DNA of 64,000 bases from Macrostomum lignano (Eukaryota). How positions within the stretch are numbered: the first letter of the stretch is position 1; each line of letters opens with the position of its first letter. Position numbers and translations under genes: made by a program. Shown one piece after another: positions 19,960-33,266 of the stretch. The notes under the pieces are model-generated. The model had not been told where the DNA came from, did no database searches, and saw only the letters and a program-made list of their open reading frames with translations. The stretch covers positions 124,001-188,000 of the forward strand of contig NIVC01001666.1 in NCBI GenBank assembly GCA_002269645.1, given 5' to 3'.

Positions 19960-21860
19960 CATGCCGCTCTTCTGTGCCTATGCGCCCATGGCTGCGCGCC
20001 CAGAGGAGCGCTGGCAGTTTCTGGAGTTCCTGTCAGCGCAGCTGGAGAAGATCGCTCAACTCGACACGTCGACACTGTACTGGTACTCGGAGACCTCAAC
20101 GCCGTCATGCGAAGGTCCGAACGCGCCCGCTTTGTAACGCCACGCGAAAACAACAGTACTAAAAATGCCCTAGTGTATTTCATGGACCGCCACGACCTGG
20201 TCTCAGCAAACACGCTGTTCAGGAAGCCGCTTCACAGATTGGCAACATTTGCCGGCTGTAAGCGGCCACGTCGGAAAGCGTGCGGAAAATTTGCTAGGAA
20301 GAGACTCGCACAGCTCGACCATATGCTGCTTCGCCAGCGATCGAGAACGATGACGAGTGACTAACTGCGATACGGTGGCCCCGTTAGCAGTGCGGTCAGG
20401 TCATAGGCTGCACTACTGCGACCTGCGCCTGAGGGACCCGCTATATCGACCACCGAAAAAACAGCCAAAGCGCTACTTCCGCGCCCTACGCGACCCGGTT
20501 ACAAGTGGCCGCTTCTGTCTGGCATTTGCCAAAGCGCTGGAAGAACGGCCAGATACAACAACCCCAGCCGAGTATCCGGACATCAGTGCCGCCATCCAAG
20601 CCGCCGCCACCAAAACTCTGCCGCTGGTGAAGCCAGCAGAAAGGAGTCGCCCAGTGTGGCAGAACGACGAAGTGCTGCAGCCGGCCCGGCTGACAGTGGA
20701 GAGACTGCGGAGGAGCGGACAGCCCTCGGAGAAGGAAGAGGAGACTCTAGCGGAGACATTTAAGCAAGGACCACTAGGATTTAAAGCCGGGCAACGCGCC
20801 GCGGTGGAGACCGCTATTTAGGAGATCACGGACGTCTTTCCCGCCAAAAAACCGCATGCCGTCTGGTCGGTCGTCAATCAGCTGACAGGCCGCAAGAGAC
20901 GCAACGCTCTGAACCTGGCGGTTGACACGCCCGAAGAGAGGCGAAACGAGCTGCGGACTTTCTCTGGTATCGTCAACGCGCCCCCTCCGCCGCAAAGGGA
21001 CGATATGTTATTGCCCACGAAGGTTGAGGTGCCAGAGGAGAGCTCCTTTAACATCAGCCCCATCACCATCGACGAGGTGCTCCAACTTGCAAAGAAGACG
21101 CCAGGCAACAAGGCTACTGGACCCGACGACATGCCTGAGGAGCTGCTGCGCCTCCCGCAGGTCGCGCTGGAAGTCACGCGAGTGATGAACTACGTGCTAG
21201 CTGGGGGCCCCGCCCCTGCTGAATGGCGGATCATCGGGATATAGTCGGGATCCCAAAGAAACCAGCTTCGATCCATCAAAATCGAAGAACATCGCGGTGC
21301 ATGGGCGCTTGCCTGAGGCGCATTTCGCACTGTGCGGACTGTCCTGCAGTGCCCCGCGCTGCCGGATCGGCTGAGAAGGTGGCTGTTCCAGGCCGTCATA
21401 CAAGCCGTCCTCCTTTACAATGCTGAAACGTGGACACTGACCGGCCCACAGAAGCGGCAACTCGACGCCGCTCACACTGGACTCCTGAGAGCCGCCTGAG
21501 AGTGTCCACTTACTCGCCGATCGCCACCACCACCACCAGCAATGACGAGCTATACCGACGGGCCCAGCTCTCCCGACCCAGCCAGCTGCTGCACATTCGG
21601 CGCCTACAGCTGGTTGGCCACGTCATCCGGGCAGAGCAGTACTGCCCTGAGCCGCTTCGAGACGTGCTGCTGCTATCCTTTCAAGGGCCGCGGCGGCTTG
21701 GTCAGGCGAGAAGTCTGCGTCGTCGACCTGCTTCTAAGAGACGCTGAAATCTCTGACCCTCGCGGACTCGCTGTTCCGCGCAAATCTACGCTTGCGCGTG
21801 CCTTTTGACAGCAACCCAACTTGGCTTACCCAGGGTTGCTGTAGTTTGTCGTTGTTGTTG
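19960..21860 (+). mobile_element. 5'-truncated, frameshifted RTE-like non-LTR retrotransposon lacking the RT core
   Basis: APE endonuclease motifs CAYAP, VLGDLNA, SANTLF, QLDHML, SGHRL; RT N-terminus PITIDEV..NKATGPDDMP..EW..IVGIPKK; RTE-type C-terminus AVLLYNAETWTL..LDAAHT; (TTG)n-like tail at ~21845-21860. Confidence 0.8.
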
Positions 21861-22138
21861 TCGTTAATTAGTCATTCAGTTTTTGATCTACAATAAAGCT
21901 GCAAAAAACGTATCTCAAAATTCTACGTATAAATTTGTACACTATGTGAGATTCCTAAGGACTTTCTCGGATAATTTAAAAAAATCAAAATAAAATTACA
22001 TGAACACTCAAAATTAATAATCTACGAGCCGTATATATTTGCAATGTACATCAGTCGATTTACATCACGATTATTTGCAGATGAATACCTCCACCCCTAT
22101 AACAACCACACAACAGCGAAAACATTCACGTCTCTTAC

Positions 22139-22156
22139 ATCACTTCCTTCCCTAAA
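22139..22156 (-). other. Candidate polypurine tract followed by TGTAAG, the putative start of a 3' LTR at 22139
   Basis: Minus strand TTTAGGGAAGGAAGTGA/TGTAAGAGAC ~170 bp after the integrase ORF; no matching 5' LTR found. Confidence 0.4.
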
Positions 22157-22306
22157 TTGAGGATCATAAAAAAACTATGAAAAGAGGCAGTAAAACCACG
22201 AGAATTAAAAACTAGCAAAAATGAATCAGTAAATTAGTTTTGCGCAGCATAAAAATCAGGCGGTCTTCGAGTCCTTGCAGAACGCCGAGGGCCGACTGCG
22301 GGCGGC

Positions 22307-23542
22307 TCATCCAGCAAGTCCGTCCAGGTCTGCCGCGGATCGACAGCCGGTCTGGACGGTCGGCCGGCCTCTGCAACGGGCGGAGCTGGAGGGGGACTGC
22401 CAGGAAGCGGGCTGCGGCCGCCTGCGCACGAACAGCTTGAGCCGGTCGTGATGCACCACCGTGCTTCGTCTCCGGCCGGCGGGTTTTGAGATCCGGTAGG
22501 TGACGGGGCTCAGCCTCTCGAGCACGCGGTACAGTCCCAGCCACCGCCGACGGAGAGCCTTGTACTGGCCCTTCAGCACCGCCGGGTTGCTGAGCATCAC
22601 CAGCTGCCCGACTTGGATCGGCGTGAAGTGCTGGCGCTTGTCGTACTGCTGCTTCCGTGACCGCTGTGTCGACTGCAGGCGCTGCCGCACGAGCTGCAAG
22701 CCGGTGCGAGCGTCTGTCAGCGTGTCCGTGACGAGCCTCCTTTCGCCGCCTGCAGGTAAACTGAGCTCTGCCGGGATCCTGGGGTCACATCCGTGAAGCA
22801 CTGCGTAGGGCGACCTCTTGGTGGTGCAGTGCACTGAAGAGTTGTACGCCCAGATGACGTACGGCAGGAAGTCCGCCCATTTGTCCTGCTGCTCCATGCA
22901 GTACGCCGCCAGCATATCGCCTAATGTTCGGTTGAACCGCTCGACTTCAGGGTTGTTGCTGGGATGGAAGGGCGTCGTTCTTGTCTTGCGAATATCCAGC
23001 AGGTGGCACAGCTCTTGGAAGATGTCACTTTCAAACTGACGACCCTGATCGGAGTGGATGACTTCGGGCGCTCCATGGCGAAGAACGACACTCCTTAGCA
23101 GCGCATCCGCAACCGTCCGGGCCTCAATGTTGGACACCGCGGTCGCCTCAACCCACTTGGAGAACACGTCCGTGAAGCAGATGGTGTACCTGAGGCCGGT
23201 TTCAGTCTCTGGGAGGGGCCCTTTGATGTCTACCTGCACCATCTCGCGAGGAGCTGATGGCACGGTGTTGTTCTGCAGCGGGGCCCTCTGGTGCTGATGC
23301 GGTACCTTGCGACGCTGACACACTTCGCAGCTGCTCACCCAGTGCTGGACTTCGTCCCTTAGGCCGGGCCACCAAGCTCCGCTGACGACTCTGGCCAGCG
23401 TCCTTTCGGTTCCGAGGTGCCCGCTTGCAGGATCGTCGTGCAGCAGCTGCAGCAGGTCCTGACGAAGCTGCCGCGGGATGACGGGTTGGCCACTCTTCTT
23501 GATGACGCCATCTTCGCCCAGGTTCAGCTTCTTCGTCCTCAC
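22307..23542 (-). pseudogene. Gypsy integrase region
   Basis: LLHDDPASGHLG...CEVC; VQVDIKGPL; IHSDQGRQFES; EVERFNRTL; GPY/F-like WLGLYRV. Confidence 0.9.
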
Positions 23543-24620
23543 CAGGTGTTCTGCGTCATCTGCAGCCTTGCCACGTCTAGGCCTTTCTTTGTCCGAGGAG
23601 CACTTGTCGAGCCGCCGCTAGCACTGGGTCGTCAGCCTGCGCTACACGGATGTCGTTGTCCGACCAGGCAGGGTGCAGCCGGGTCGCCGCTGCTCGGCTC
23701 AGCGCGTCCGCAACCACGTTTTCGCGACCAGGTCTGAAGAGCAGCTTGAAGTTGATCTCCACCAGAAACGTAATCCATCTGGCTAGCCGTCCTTCTGGCT
23801 CCTTGGTGTTGAGCAGCCCTTGCAACGGCTTGTGGTCGGTGAAGACGAGAATTTCGCCAGCGGACGCCAAGTAGTTCCGGAAATGCTTCATCGCCCAGAC
23901 CACCGCAAGAAGCTCTCTGTGGGTAGTCGAGTAATTGCGCTCCGCTTTGTTCAGGATTCTCGACGCGTAGGCTACCGGACACTCGGCATCTTCGTGGAGC
24001 TGGCTCAGGACGCCGGCGATGGCCACTCCGCTGCTGTCACAGCACAACCGGAATCCCTTGGAGAAGTCAGGCAGCTTCAGTACGGGTGGTGCCGACAGAG
24101 CTAACTTCAGCTTCCACAGAGTGTCATCGCACTGAGTTGTCCATTGAAACTATCGACTCTTCTGAGTCGCCTGATGAAGCGGATTAGCGATGCTGGCGAA
24201 GTGCGGAACGAAACGCCGGTAGAAGCCCAGCATGCCGACAAGCCGGCGAACATCCTCAGCGCATTCGGGTATCGGGATGGACTGGATAGCGCTGACCTTG
24301 TCCTGAGTTGGTCGAATGCCTTCTGCCGAGATTTTGTGTCCTAGGTACTCAACCTCCTGGAAGCAGAAGTAGCTCTTGCGTTTGTTCAATTTGAGGCCGG
24401 CAGACTGCAGTCTTCCCAGGACCTGTTCCAGTGTTTCCGCATGCTTCTCGAAGGTCTGACTAAACAGAATCAGATCGTCCATGTACGTGAGCACCTCTGT
24501 CCAGTTCAGGCCGGCCATCGTTAGGTCCATCAGGCGCTGAAAGGTTGCCGGGGCGTTGCAGAGGCCGAACCCGAGTTTCCTGTACTGCATCAGGCCCTGC
24601 GTGGTGTAGAAAGCGGTCTT

Positions 24621-25529
24621 CTCCCGGTCTTGCTCTCGCAGCTCAACCTGCAGGAAACCTTGGCGGAGGTCAAGAGTGCTGAACCAACTTCTCCCGGTCT
24701 TGCTCTCGCAGCTCAACCTGCAGGAAACCTTGGCGGAGGCCAAGAGTGCTGAACCAACTTCTCCCGGTCTTGCTCTCGCAGCTCAACCTACAGGAACCCT
24801 TGGCGGAGGTCAAGAGTGCTGAACCAACTTCTCCCGGTCTTGCTCTCGCAGCTCAACCTGCAGGAACCCTTGGCGGAGGTCAAGAGTGCTGAACCAACTT
24901 CTCCCGGTCTTGCTCTCGCAGCTCAACCTGCAGGAACCCTTGGCGGAGGTCAAGAGTGCTGAACCAACTTTTCCCGGTCTTGCTCTCGCAGCTCAACCTG
25001 CAGGAACCCTTGGCGGAGGTCAAGAGTGCTGAACCAACTTCTCCCGGTCTTGCTCTCGCAGCTCAACCTGCAGGAACCCTTGGCGGAGGTCAAGAGTGCT
25101 GAACCAACTTCTCCCGGTCTTGCTCTCGCAGCTCAACCTGCAGGAACCCTTGGCGGAGGTCAAGAGTGCTGAACCAACTTCTCCCGGTCTTGCTCTCGCA
25201 GCTCAACCTGCAGGAACCCTTGGCGGAGGTCAAGAGTGCTGAACCAACTTCTCCCGGTCTTGCTCTCGCAGCTCAACCTGCAGGAACCCTAGGCGGAGGT
25301 CAAGAGTGCTGAACCAACTTCTCCCGGTCTTGCTCTCGCAGCTCAACCTGCAGGAACCCTTGGCGGAGGTCAAGAGTGCTGAACCAACTTCTCCCGGTCT
25401 TGCTCTCGCAGCTCAACCTGCAGGAACCCTTGGCGGAGGTCAAGAGTGCTGAACCAACTTCTCCCGGTCTTGCTCTCGCAGCTCAACCTGCAGGAACCCT
25501 TGGCGGAGGTCAAGAGTGCTGAACCAACT
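24621..25529. repeat. 13 tandem copies of a 70-bp segment of the RT coding sequence
   Basis: ctcccggtct recurs at 24621 + 70n up to 25461; one frame of the unit encodes SWFSTLDLRQGFLQVELREQDREK. Confidence 0.95.
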
Positions 25530-26524
25530 GTTCCAGTGAGCGCGTCCAGCGCAGCAGACAGCGGAGGCGGCGGGTAGGCGTCCTTCACGGTGCACGAGTT
25601 GAGGGCTCTCCAGTCGGTGCAGATTCGAATCTCGTTGTTTTTCTTTCGCACCACAAGCAGATTACTCGCCCATGGACTGCAGGACGGCTCGATAATCCCG
25701 TGACGCCGCATCTTGCTGATTTTTTGGTCCACTTGCTGCCGGTAATTCAGCGGAACGGTCCGCTGCCTGTGCTTGATGGGGCGACTGTCGGGTTCCAGAT
25801 TAATCTCTTGTTGCAGCAGGTGTGTTGTTCCCAGGTCAAACTCGTGCCTGGCGAAGGCCTGCTCTGCCTGGCACAGCAAGGCTTCGATGCGCTCGCGCTG
25901 CGACTCGCTCAGCTCCGGGTTGATGTTAAAGCCAGCTTCCTCTTCAGCAGGTTCACCGTCTGCTCCGTTTACTTCTGCAGCGTCCAAGTTGCCGATTGCC
26001 TGGTTCTGGTAGAGCACCACCGGGTCGGCACTCACGTTGCAGACGCCCACTGGGAGATTTCCGTCTACGCTGGAGACCACCAGAGCCCTGTTTGGCAGCA
26101 GGCCAGTCTTGTTAATAAGATCTGAGCTGGGCTCGAATAGACCCTGCTCGACAGACGATGGCACTTTGACTGGGATGATGACGCGGCTGAGGGCTGGAAT
26201 GGACACGGTGCTGGCAACTCTGGCTATCGCGGCGGTGGGGACCACTCGGCAAGCCTGCGAGGAGCTCCTGTCCGGCAAGATCGAGATCCTGGTTGACCTC
26301 AGCTGAACAGAAGACGCCGGGAGATTGGCGCTAAAACTTGAGCACATTTTCCCGATGGCGTCCATACCGAGCACGCATTCCGGCTGAATCGCGGTAACCA
26401 CCATTAGCTCGTACCTGGTGCTCCACGGATGGCAGTCCCTCTAGCTGTATCGCTAGCGTTGCACTCGCCGGAGACTCCAAGCGTGGACCATCGATTCCGA
26501 CCGGAGTTTGGGCCTTGCTAGGCA

Positions 26525-26567
26525 GGGCTGGTGATGGCTCATGCTCACCAGTCCTCAGAAGTTTCCC
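26525..26567 (-). promoter_or_regulatory. Putative gag/pol -1 ribosomal frameshift signal (G GGA AAC + downstream hairpin)
   Basis: Heptamer is in the correct gag phase just before the gag stop; CTGGTGA/TCACCAG stem begins 9 nt downstream; the -1 frame is open into protease-like sequence. Confidence 0.65.
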
Positions 26568-27390
26568 AAAGCCGGGGTCGGGCAGACCTCGGCCCGGTGT
26601 CCTCTACCTGAGCAGCGGCTGCACACAGACGGCAGCGCGACTTGCTTGCCTGGACACTGAGCAGCGAAATGACCAGGCTGAGCGCAGTTGAAGCATTTTT
26701 CACGGGTGCTGCCTCTTCCACGAGCTGCATTCCTTCTCCCACCGCGCTGTCCTCCGCGGCTGCCAATGGTGGCGACTGTCGCAGCCAGATCCGTCAACTG
26801 CTCTTGCATTTTCTCCAGCCGGTCTGTCACTTGGCTGCACACCGATGTCACTGCGACGCTTGCCGGGCCTCCTTTGCTGCCGATGCTTTCCAGTGCTGTG
26901 GCGCGGTCTGCCAGCTGTTCAGGACTGCTGCTGTCATAATCCGAAGCTTTCAACAGAGCCTCACGAATCTCTGTCGGCAGCAGAGCTATCAGTCGGTGTC
27001 GCACTTCGCAATCTCTCACCGTTTGAGCGTGCTCCGGGCGTGCCTTTCGATGCAGAAGCTTGAGTGCATAGCACAGCTCCCTCAGCGACTCTCCTTGGCG
27101 TCGCTTCCGGTTCTCGAACTCAGACATGGCGCGAAATGTGTTATCCTTGCCTCTGTAGAACTTGACGATTTCGTCCTTTAAGATCTTGTAGCTGCTCTAT
27201 TTGGCCGCTGGCAGGTCCCAGACGAACACGAGGGCTTCACCTGACAGAAGCAGCTTGTTGATCTTGGATGCCATCTTGGTGTCGTTCCACTCAGAATCTG
27301 CTGCGAAGTCCTCGAACATCTGCAGCCACATGTTCATATCGTTGTCGTCTGAGCCAGAAAACTTTCCCGATGAAAACTTGACTGTGGCCT
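26555..27390 (-). pseudogene. Gypsy gag with one premature stop (~27198) and no start codon
   Basis: KFSGSDNDMNMWLQMFEDFA...; CFNCAQPGHFAAQC and CSRCSGRGHRAEVC zinc knuckles. Confidence 0.85.
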
Positions 27391-28586
27391 AGAATCGTAA
27401 ATGAAGCGTTAGCGTCGTATTTGAATCGCTTTTGAAGCGTTTTGGAGTTGCACTGGGGGACTGGAGGGAAAGTAATTGTGTGTGATTCAAAACCGACGAG
27501 ATGTCACGGTGCACGTCGTAAAAGACGGGTGTTTGAAGCGTTTCTGAATCACTTTGAAGCGTTTTGTGGAAACGCGTCAAAAACGATTCAGGTGACGCGT
27601 TTTAGCGGCGTTTCTGAATCGTTTTTGACTCGCACTTGAATCGTTTGATTAGGGCTATCGCTGAAGCGTATCTGACGCGTTGTTGACGCGCTTTTGACTC
27701 GGAGTTGCAATTTGAGTAAGTTTTTAATATTTGAAGCATTTCCGGTTCCCTTTTACTTCTCGTAGTCCTTATAGTACCATACTTTGTAGGAAAGGAATTG
27801 CTACAAGAACTGTGCACACGTGGAGTCGTTTAATCCGAGAAATCAAATTTATCAGTACGTGTCCCGCTATCCATTAAAGTGTAAGCCTGAATCGAAATAC
27901 ACTAGCTATCAGCTCACTACTGGGACCTGAGGGCTCGTCTCGTATTCGGCGCCAGAGCTTGGTTGAGCAGCCGGTCTCGTTCCGTCCTCAGGGGCTCCGC
28001 TGCAACTGCAGAACCTGTGAGAGGAGAGATTGACAGGAAGCAGCAGACAGGGCGTGCGATGCGATAACGGATGGGTCAATGTAGATAGTGCCATAGTAAC
28101 GAAATAAGAAATAAATTAGGCATGCTTACGGCTCAGGCGAGAAGCTGGGTCAGAGCCCTTGCGCAGCATCCCAGCCACAGACGAGCTTTCGGTGTGAAAA
28201 AAACGATGTGGCAGTTAGCTAGGTGCTCTTTGAAAAGGATAATAAAAAGCAAAGGCACCACGCACTTCAGGTAGTTGATGTACTTACAGTCCCTTTAATG
28301 AGCTCGAACTTCACAATTAGCCATGAACATTCAATTCTTGAAGTTTTAAGCTAAAGAATGTTCGATCTCGTGCCTGCTTGCTTTCGATGCCTTTCGGTTT
28401 CTATTCCAGTAACCGGAGACGGAGCAGGAGAAGAGTTTTCTTTCTAGCTCGTATGGGCATTAGAGCAAATTTGTCATCAAAAGCACATTTGTCATTACCA
28501 TTGCAACTTCGCTATTTAGCCTGTGTGTCATCTATCATCAAGTGTTAGTCATTTTATCATATCTCGATAGCTATAGCATAGTAGGA

Positions 28587-28587
<1 letters not shown>

Positions 28588-28636
<49 letters not shown>
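28588..28636. repeat. (CAGA)n microsatellite
   Basis: Direct. Confidence 0.95.
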
Positions 28637-28639
<3 letters not shown>

Positions 28640-29255
28640 TCTTAGAGATTTAGTAATTGTAATGATTGCAACTTATCATGTCGCAATGAAAATGAAAAAA
28701 TCAATTTCGGGAACTGGATATTATTTATAAATGTTGTTTGTTTATTTTTGTTTAATTAACAATTCAGCTGAGATAAACTAAGAGGTGATTAACAGCTATG
28801 GGGACAGGCAGTGAAACGTGTGCTTTTTGTAGTCGACGGCTAAGTGTAGAAATTTACAACAAACTCCGGTGCGACTCTACTAGAAGAGGCTGGAGTACAC
28901 GTGTGTCCTGTACAATATTCTTAGCGAGAGAACTATACTATTAAACGTAGTTTTTCTAAAAGCAGTGTTAAGGGTACAAAGGCAATCATCAGAAAGAAGT
29001 TTTTTTGTTTTAACATTAATATTAATAGCAAAGTTAGCAGTAGGAACTACTGACAGTAGCTAGACGCTAAGTAAATATTAAAGAAATGAAAAATAAAGCC
29101 GGAAAAAGTAAACTGGTTAAACAAAACAGTGATTTAGCATGAGATCGAAGGGTCATTTCAAAATCGCAACAGATAGCCAATCAAACTGCTATTAGCTTTA
29201 TGCTGTGCAGTACAGTTACTCCAAGGCAAAGTTTACGGTAACACACGATAGCAGA

Positions 29256-30122
29256 TTAAGAGTACTTGGCGGCTGGGAGCTGATGCGGCTGCTGCTGCTG
29301 CGACTGAGAATGAGGCATTGCGGAGGCTGCAACACTACTTTGCATTCCATATCGACAAGTGGGCTGATAAGAGGAAACTGGATTGCTAATCTGCATCAGG
29401 GGGTGCTGGGGCTGCTGACCCGCAAACTGTGGATGCTGGTGTTGATGCAGTTGCTGGGGCTGGCCAATCGGGTAGCAACCGTAACCTGTCATGGGCTGAG
29501 GGTACCAACCGGCGGGGTTGAAGGCAGCCTGATGAGCCTGATGATGCTGCTGCTTCTCCTCATCAGCAGTGACGTAATCAGCAATGTCCTCAAGGCCCTG
29601 GGGGCTGTGAAAGGCGGCGTATGCTGCGGCAGTTGGGTGGTGATGATGCTGCTGATGCTGCTGCTGATGCAGGCCGTAGCCTCCGTGTTGATGCAGCTGG
29701 CTCTGATGGTAGCTCATTCTGGCCAGAATCTCGCTCTGACTGGCTGGACTCGACGTGGCCATGTGATGAGGATAGAAGTGCTGATGATGCTGCTGAAGCT
29801 GCTGCTGCTGATGCTGATGCAACTGCTGCTGGTGCTGGTGATGCTGCAGATATTGCTGCTGCTGAATCTGTTGTTGCAGATTCTGATGCTGTTGTTGCTG
29901 CTGCTGCTGCTGCTGAAGCTGTTGAGCAACCAGCAGCTCGGCCTCCAGTTCGGGCTCCGACTTCACCCCGCCAGACATCGGCGACGAGTCCGGCTGGTGC
30001 CGCCGACGGTGCAGCAGCTGCTGCTCGATTAGGGGGTCATCGGATTTCAACCGGGACAGATCCAGGTTCCGCTCCGATGAGCTCTCGCCAGCTGAATGGC
30101 CTCCATCACTGACTGCCGTGGC
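29256..30122 (-). CDS. FoxC: FoxC exon 3 (Q/H-rich C-terminus, stop codon)
   Basis: Phase-0 acceptor tgctctcag at 30124-30123; open frame to the stop, ends ...AAKYS. Confidence 0.75.
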   Translation of the reverse strand, partial: ATAVSDGGHSAGESSSERNLDLSRLKSDDPLIEQQLLHRRRHQPDSSPMSGGVKSEPELEAELLVAQQLQQQQQQQQQHQNLQQQIQQQQYLQHHQHQQQLHQHQQQQLQQHHQHFYPHHMATSSPASQSEILARMSYHQSQLHQHGGYGLHQQQHQQHHHHPTAAAYAAFHSPQGLEDIADYVTADEEKQQHHQAHQAAFNPAGWYPQPMTGYGCYPIGQPQQLHQHQHPQFAGQQPQHPLMQISNPVSSYQPTCRYGMQSSVAASAMPHSQSQQQQPHQLPAAKYS

Positions 30123-30169
30123 CTGAGAGCAGGTGCGAATGTTGTGGCTATGATAATTAATGTTGTCAT

Positions 30170-31034
<865 letters not shown>

Positions 31035-31079
31035 TCATACTTCAAAATCATTCAAGATAATATCATTCTGTATATATTT

Positions 31080-31950
31080 CAACCTGTATCTAATCTACCT
31101 CAATCCGTATCTAATCTACCTCAACCCGTATCTAATCTACCTCAATCCGTATCTAATCTACCTCAAACCCGTATCTAATCTACCTCAACCCGCATCTAAT
31201 CTACCTCAATCCGTGTCTAATCTACCTCAATTCGTATCTAATCTACCTCAATCTGTATCTAATCTACCTCAATCCGTGTCTAATCTACCGCAATCCGCAT
31301 CTAATCTACCGCAATCCGCATCTAATCTACCTCAATCCGCATCTAATCTACCTCAACCCGTATCTAATCTACCTCAATCCGTATCTAATCTACCTCAATT
31401 CGTATCTAATCTACCTTAATCCGTATCTAATCTACCTCAATTCGTATCTAATCTACCTCAATCCGTATCTAATCTACCTCAACCCATATCTAATATACCT
31501 CAATTCGTATCTAATCTACCTCAATCCGTATCTAATCTACCTCAATTCGTATCTAATCTACCTTAATCCGTATCTAATCTACCTCAATTCGTATCTAATC
31601 TACCTCAATCCGTATCTAATCTACCTCAACCCATATCTAATCTACCTCAATCCGCATCTAATCTACCTCAATCCGTGTCTAATCTACCTCAATCCGTATC
31701 TAATCTACCGCAATCCGCATCTAATCTACCTCAATCCGTATCTAATCAACCTCAATCTGGATCTAATCTTTTTCTACGAGCGTTTCCGAATCTAATCTAA
31801 TCTGTTTATATCTGAATCTAATCTAATATATTTCAATCGGAATCTAATCTAATCTATTCCTATAGGACTCCAATCTAATCTATCATATTTCTATCGGAAG
31901 CCAATTAATTTTATTCTATAGGACTCTAGTCTAATCCATGTATTTATCGG
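31080..31950. repeat. 21-bp minisatellite (GTATCTAATCTACCTCAATCC) in FoxC intron 1
   Basis: Direct; about 32 regular units, then a degenerate tail. Confidence 0.9.
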
Positions 31951-32628
31951 AATCTAATCTAATCTAGGATGCATTTACCGCCTCTACATCAGACAAAGCC
32001 ACCCTGGACAGGTCAGAATCTTTAATAGACAGAGTTTTTCTCCATAATTTCCCGCTTTGTTCCCAGCAAAGGTGTGACCGGCTCCCCCACCCCCTGCAGA
32101 CAATAGTTCCAGTCGGTGCTTCAGTGACAAAGCAATTTAGATTCTGCACCATAAAGAGGGGCCGGGCCAGAAATGCAGGATCGCATTATTGGGTATTTTA
32201 TTAGCGCTGTCTTTGACAATAAAAGTGGGCAGAAGAGCAGTCACACTTTCTTATCTAACTAAAGCGGGGCAACTTGCAGCAAAAAATGAATGCAAAAACT
32301 GCAACACACACATTTCTCACACACACACTTTGAGCCCGTGCCGAGCGGACCACTTGAACACGATCATGCTGAGAGAGCCTGTCTGTCCCCCTATTCTCTA
32401 TTCTCACTCCATCTATTCAACCTGTCAAATTGACAGATATCAAACAGAAGCGACCCTTGCTGCGTGTGGTCCTCTGCAGAAAGCTCAAAACCATTTGTGC
32501 CTTGCTGCCTCTAATTCATTTATCCATTTCTTTTGCAAGACACCCACTGCGTTGACAGCAATTGGTTAGCATGATGAGGCGCTCAAGTTTATACCTGCAC
32601 CGCGACTGATAGAAAACTGTGCACTTAC

Positions 32629-32985
32629 CTGTCCATTATGAACTGGTAAATGCCGTTTAGAGTAATCTTCTTGTCCGGCTGGGCAGTGATGGACATTGTG
32701 ATCAAAGCGATGTAGGAATACGGTGGCTTCACCAGATCCTTGCCGCCTGGTCCATAGGGTGAATACCGGCTGGCTGAATAGCACTGCTGATGATGGTGAT
32801 GATGCTGCAGGTGATGCTGAGCATAGACTCCGCCGGCCGGTGCAGCGTGGTGCGATGCGTAATAACCGTGAGCGAATGCTGGCATCACGGCTGCGGCAGC
32901 GGCTGCGGCTGCGGCGGCTGCTGCGGCTGCTGCACTGGCATCTGTGGCCTCCTCGGATCCTTCCCTTGGTGTAGTCTGGTGGTCT

Positions 32986-33020
<35 letters not shown>

Positions 33021-33266
33021 GTGCCACAGGCCCATCGAATGCGCCGTGTACGGATGACCCTGCTGAGCCTGAAGGTAGGCAGCAGCAGCGGCCGCCGTGG
33101 CACCTGCCGGCGCTGAACTGCCCGACGAAGAAGCGGCGATGGCGTTTACTGGACCCTCGTCAAAGGGCGACGTGGCAGAGTGGTGACTCTGTGGAGATTG
33201 TCTGCTGATGGCCTGCTGCTGCTGCTGCTGCTGCTGCGGATACTCCAGAGGCGACGCCACTTGCAT
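32629..33266 (-). CDS. FoxC: FoxC exon 1 (ATG at 33266; first half of the forkhead domain); spliced CDS 1932 nt = 643 aa
   Basis: [38 protein letters not shown]; donor AG/GTAAGT at 32628; exon lengths 638+427+867 are divisible by 3. Confidence 0.9.

Larger units (their letters stand above)
23577..26567 (-). pseudogene. Gypsy pol: partial protease, RT and RNase H, disrupted by frameshifts and a 70-bp amplification
   Basis: ORF fragments 25370-26404, 24150-24743 and 23577-24047 carry RT and RNase H motifs. Confidence 0.85.
22140..27390 (-). mobile_element. Decayed Ty3/Gypsy LTR retrotransposon (gag-PR-RT-RNaseH-INT order)
   Basis: Gag with two CCHC knuckles; RT (PWASNLLVV, ICTDWRALN, TLDLRQGF, GLCNAPATF, YMDDL); RNase H (CDSS..AIAGVL, NYSTTHRELLA, FTDHKPL); integrase (H-H-C-C, DIKG, HSDQG, VERFNRTL); several frameshifts and a stop. 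Confidence 0.9.

Noticed and set aside
19920-21870. TCGTTAATTA at both sides of the RTE remnant as a TSD
   Set aside because: Low-complexity AT-rich flank, and ~30 bp of non-element sequence lies between it and the first coding homology
27940-27960. TGGCGCCGAA on the minus strand as a Gypsy primer-binding site
   Set aside because: Not directly preceded by an LTR-ending CA, no LTR pair found, and I cannot match it to a tRNA 3' end beyond a few bases
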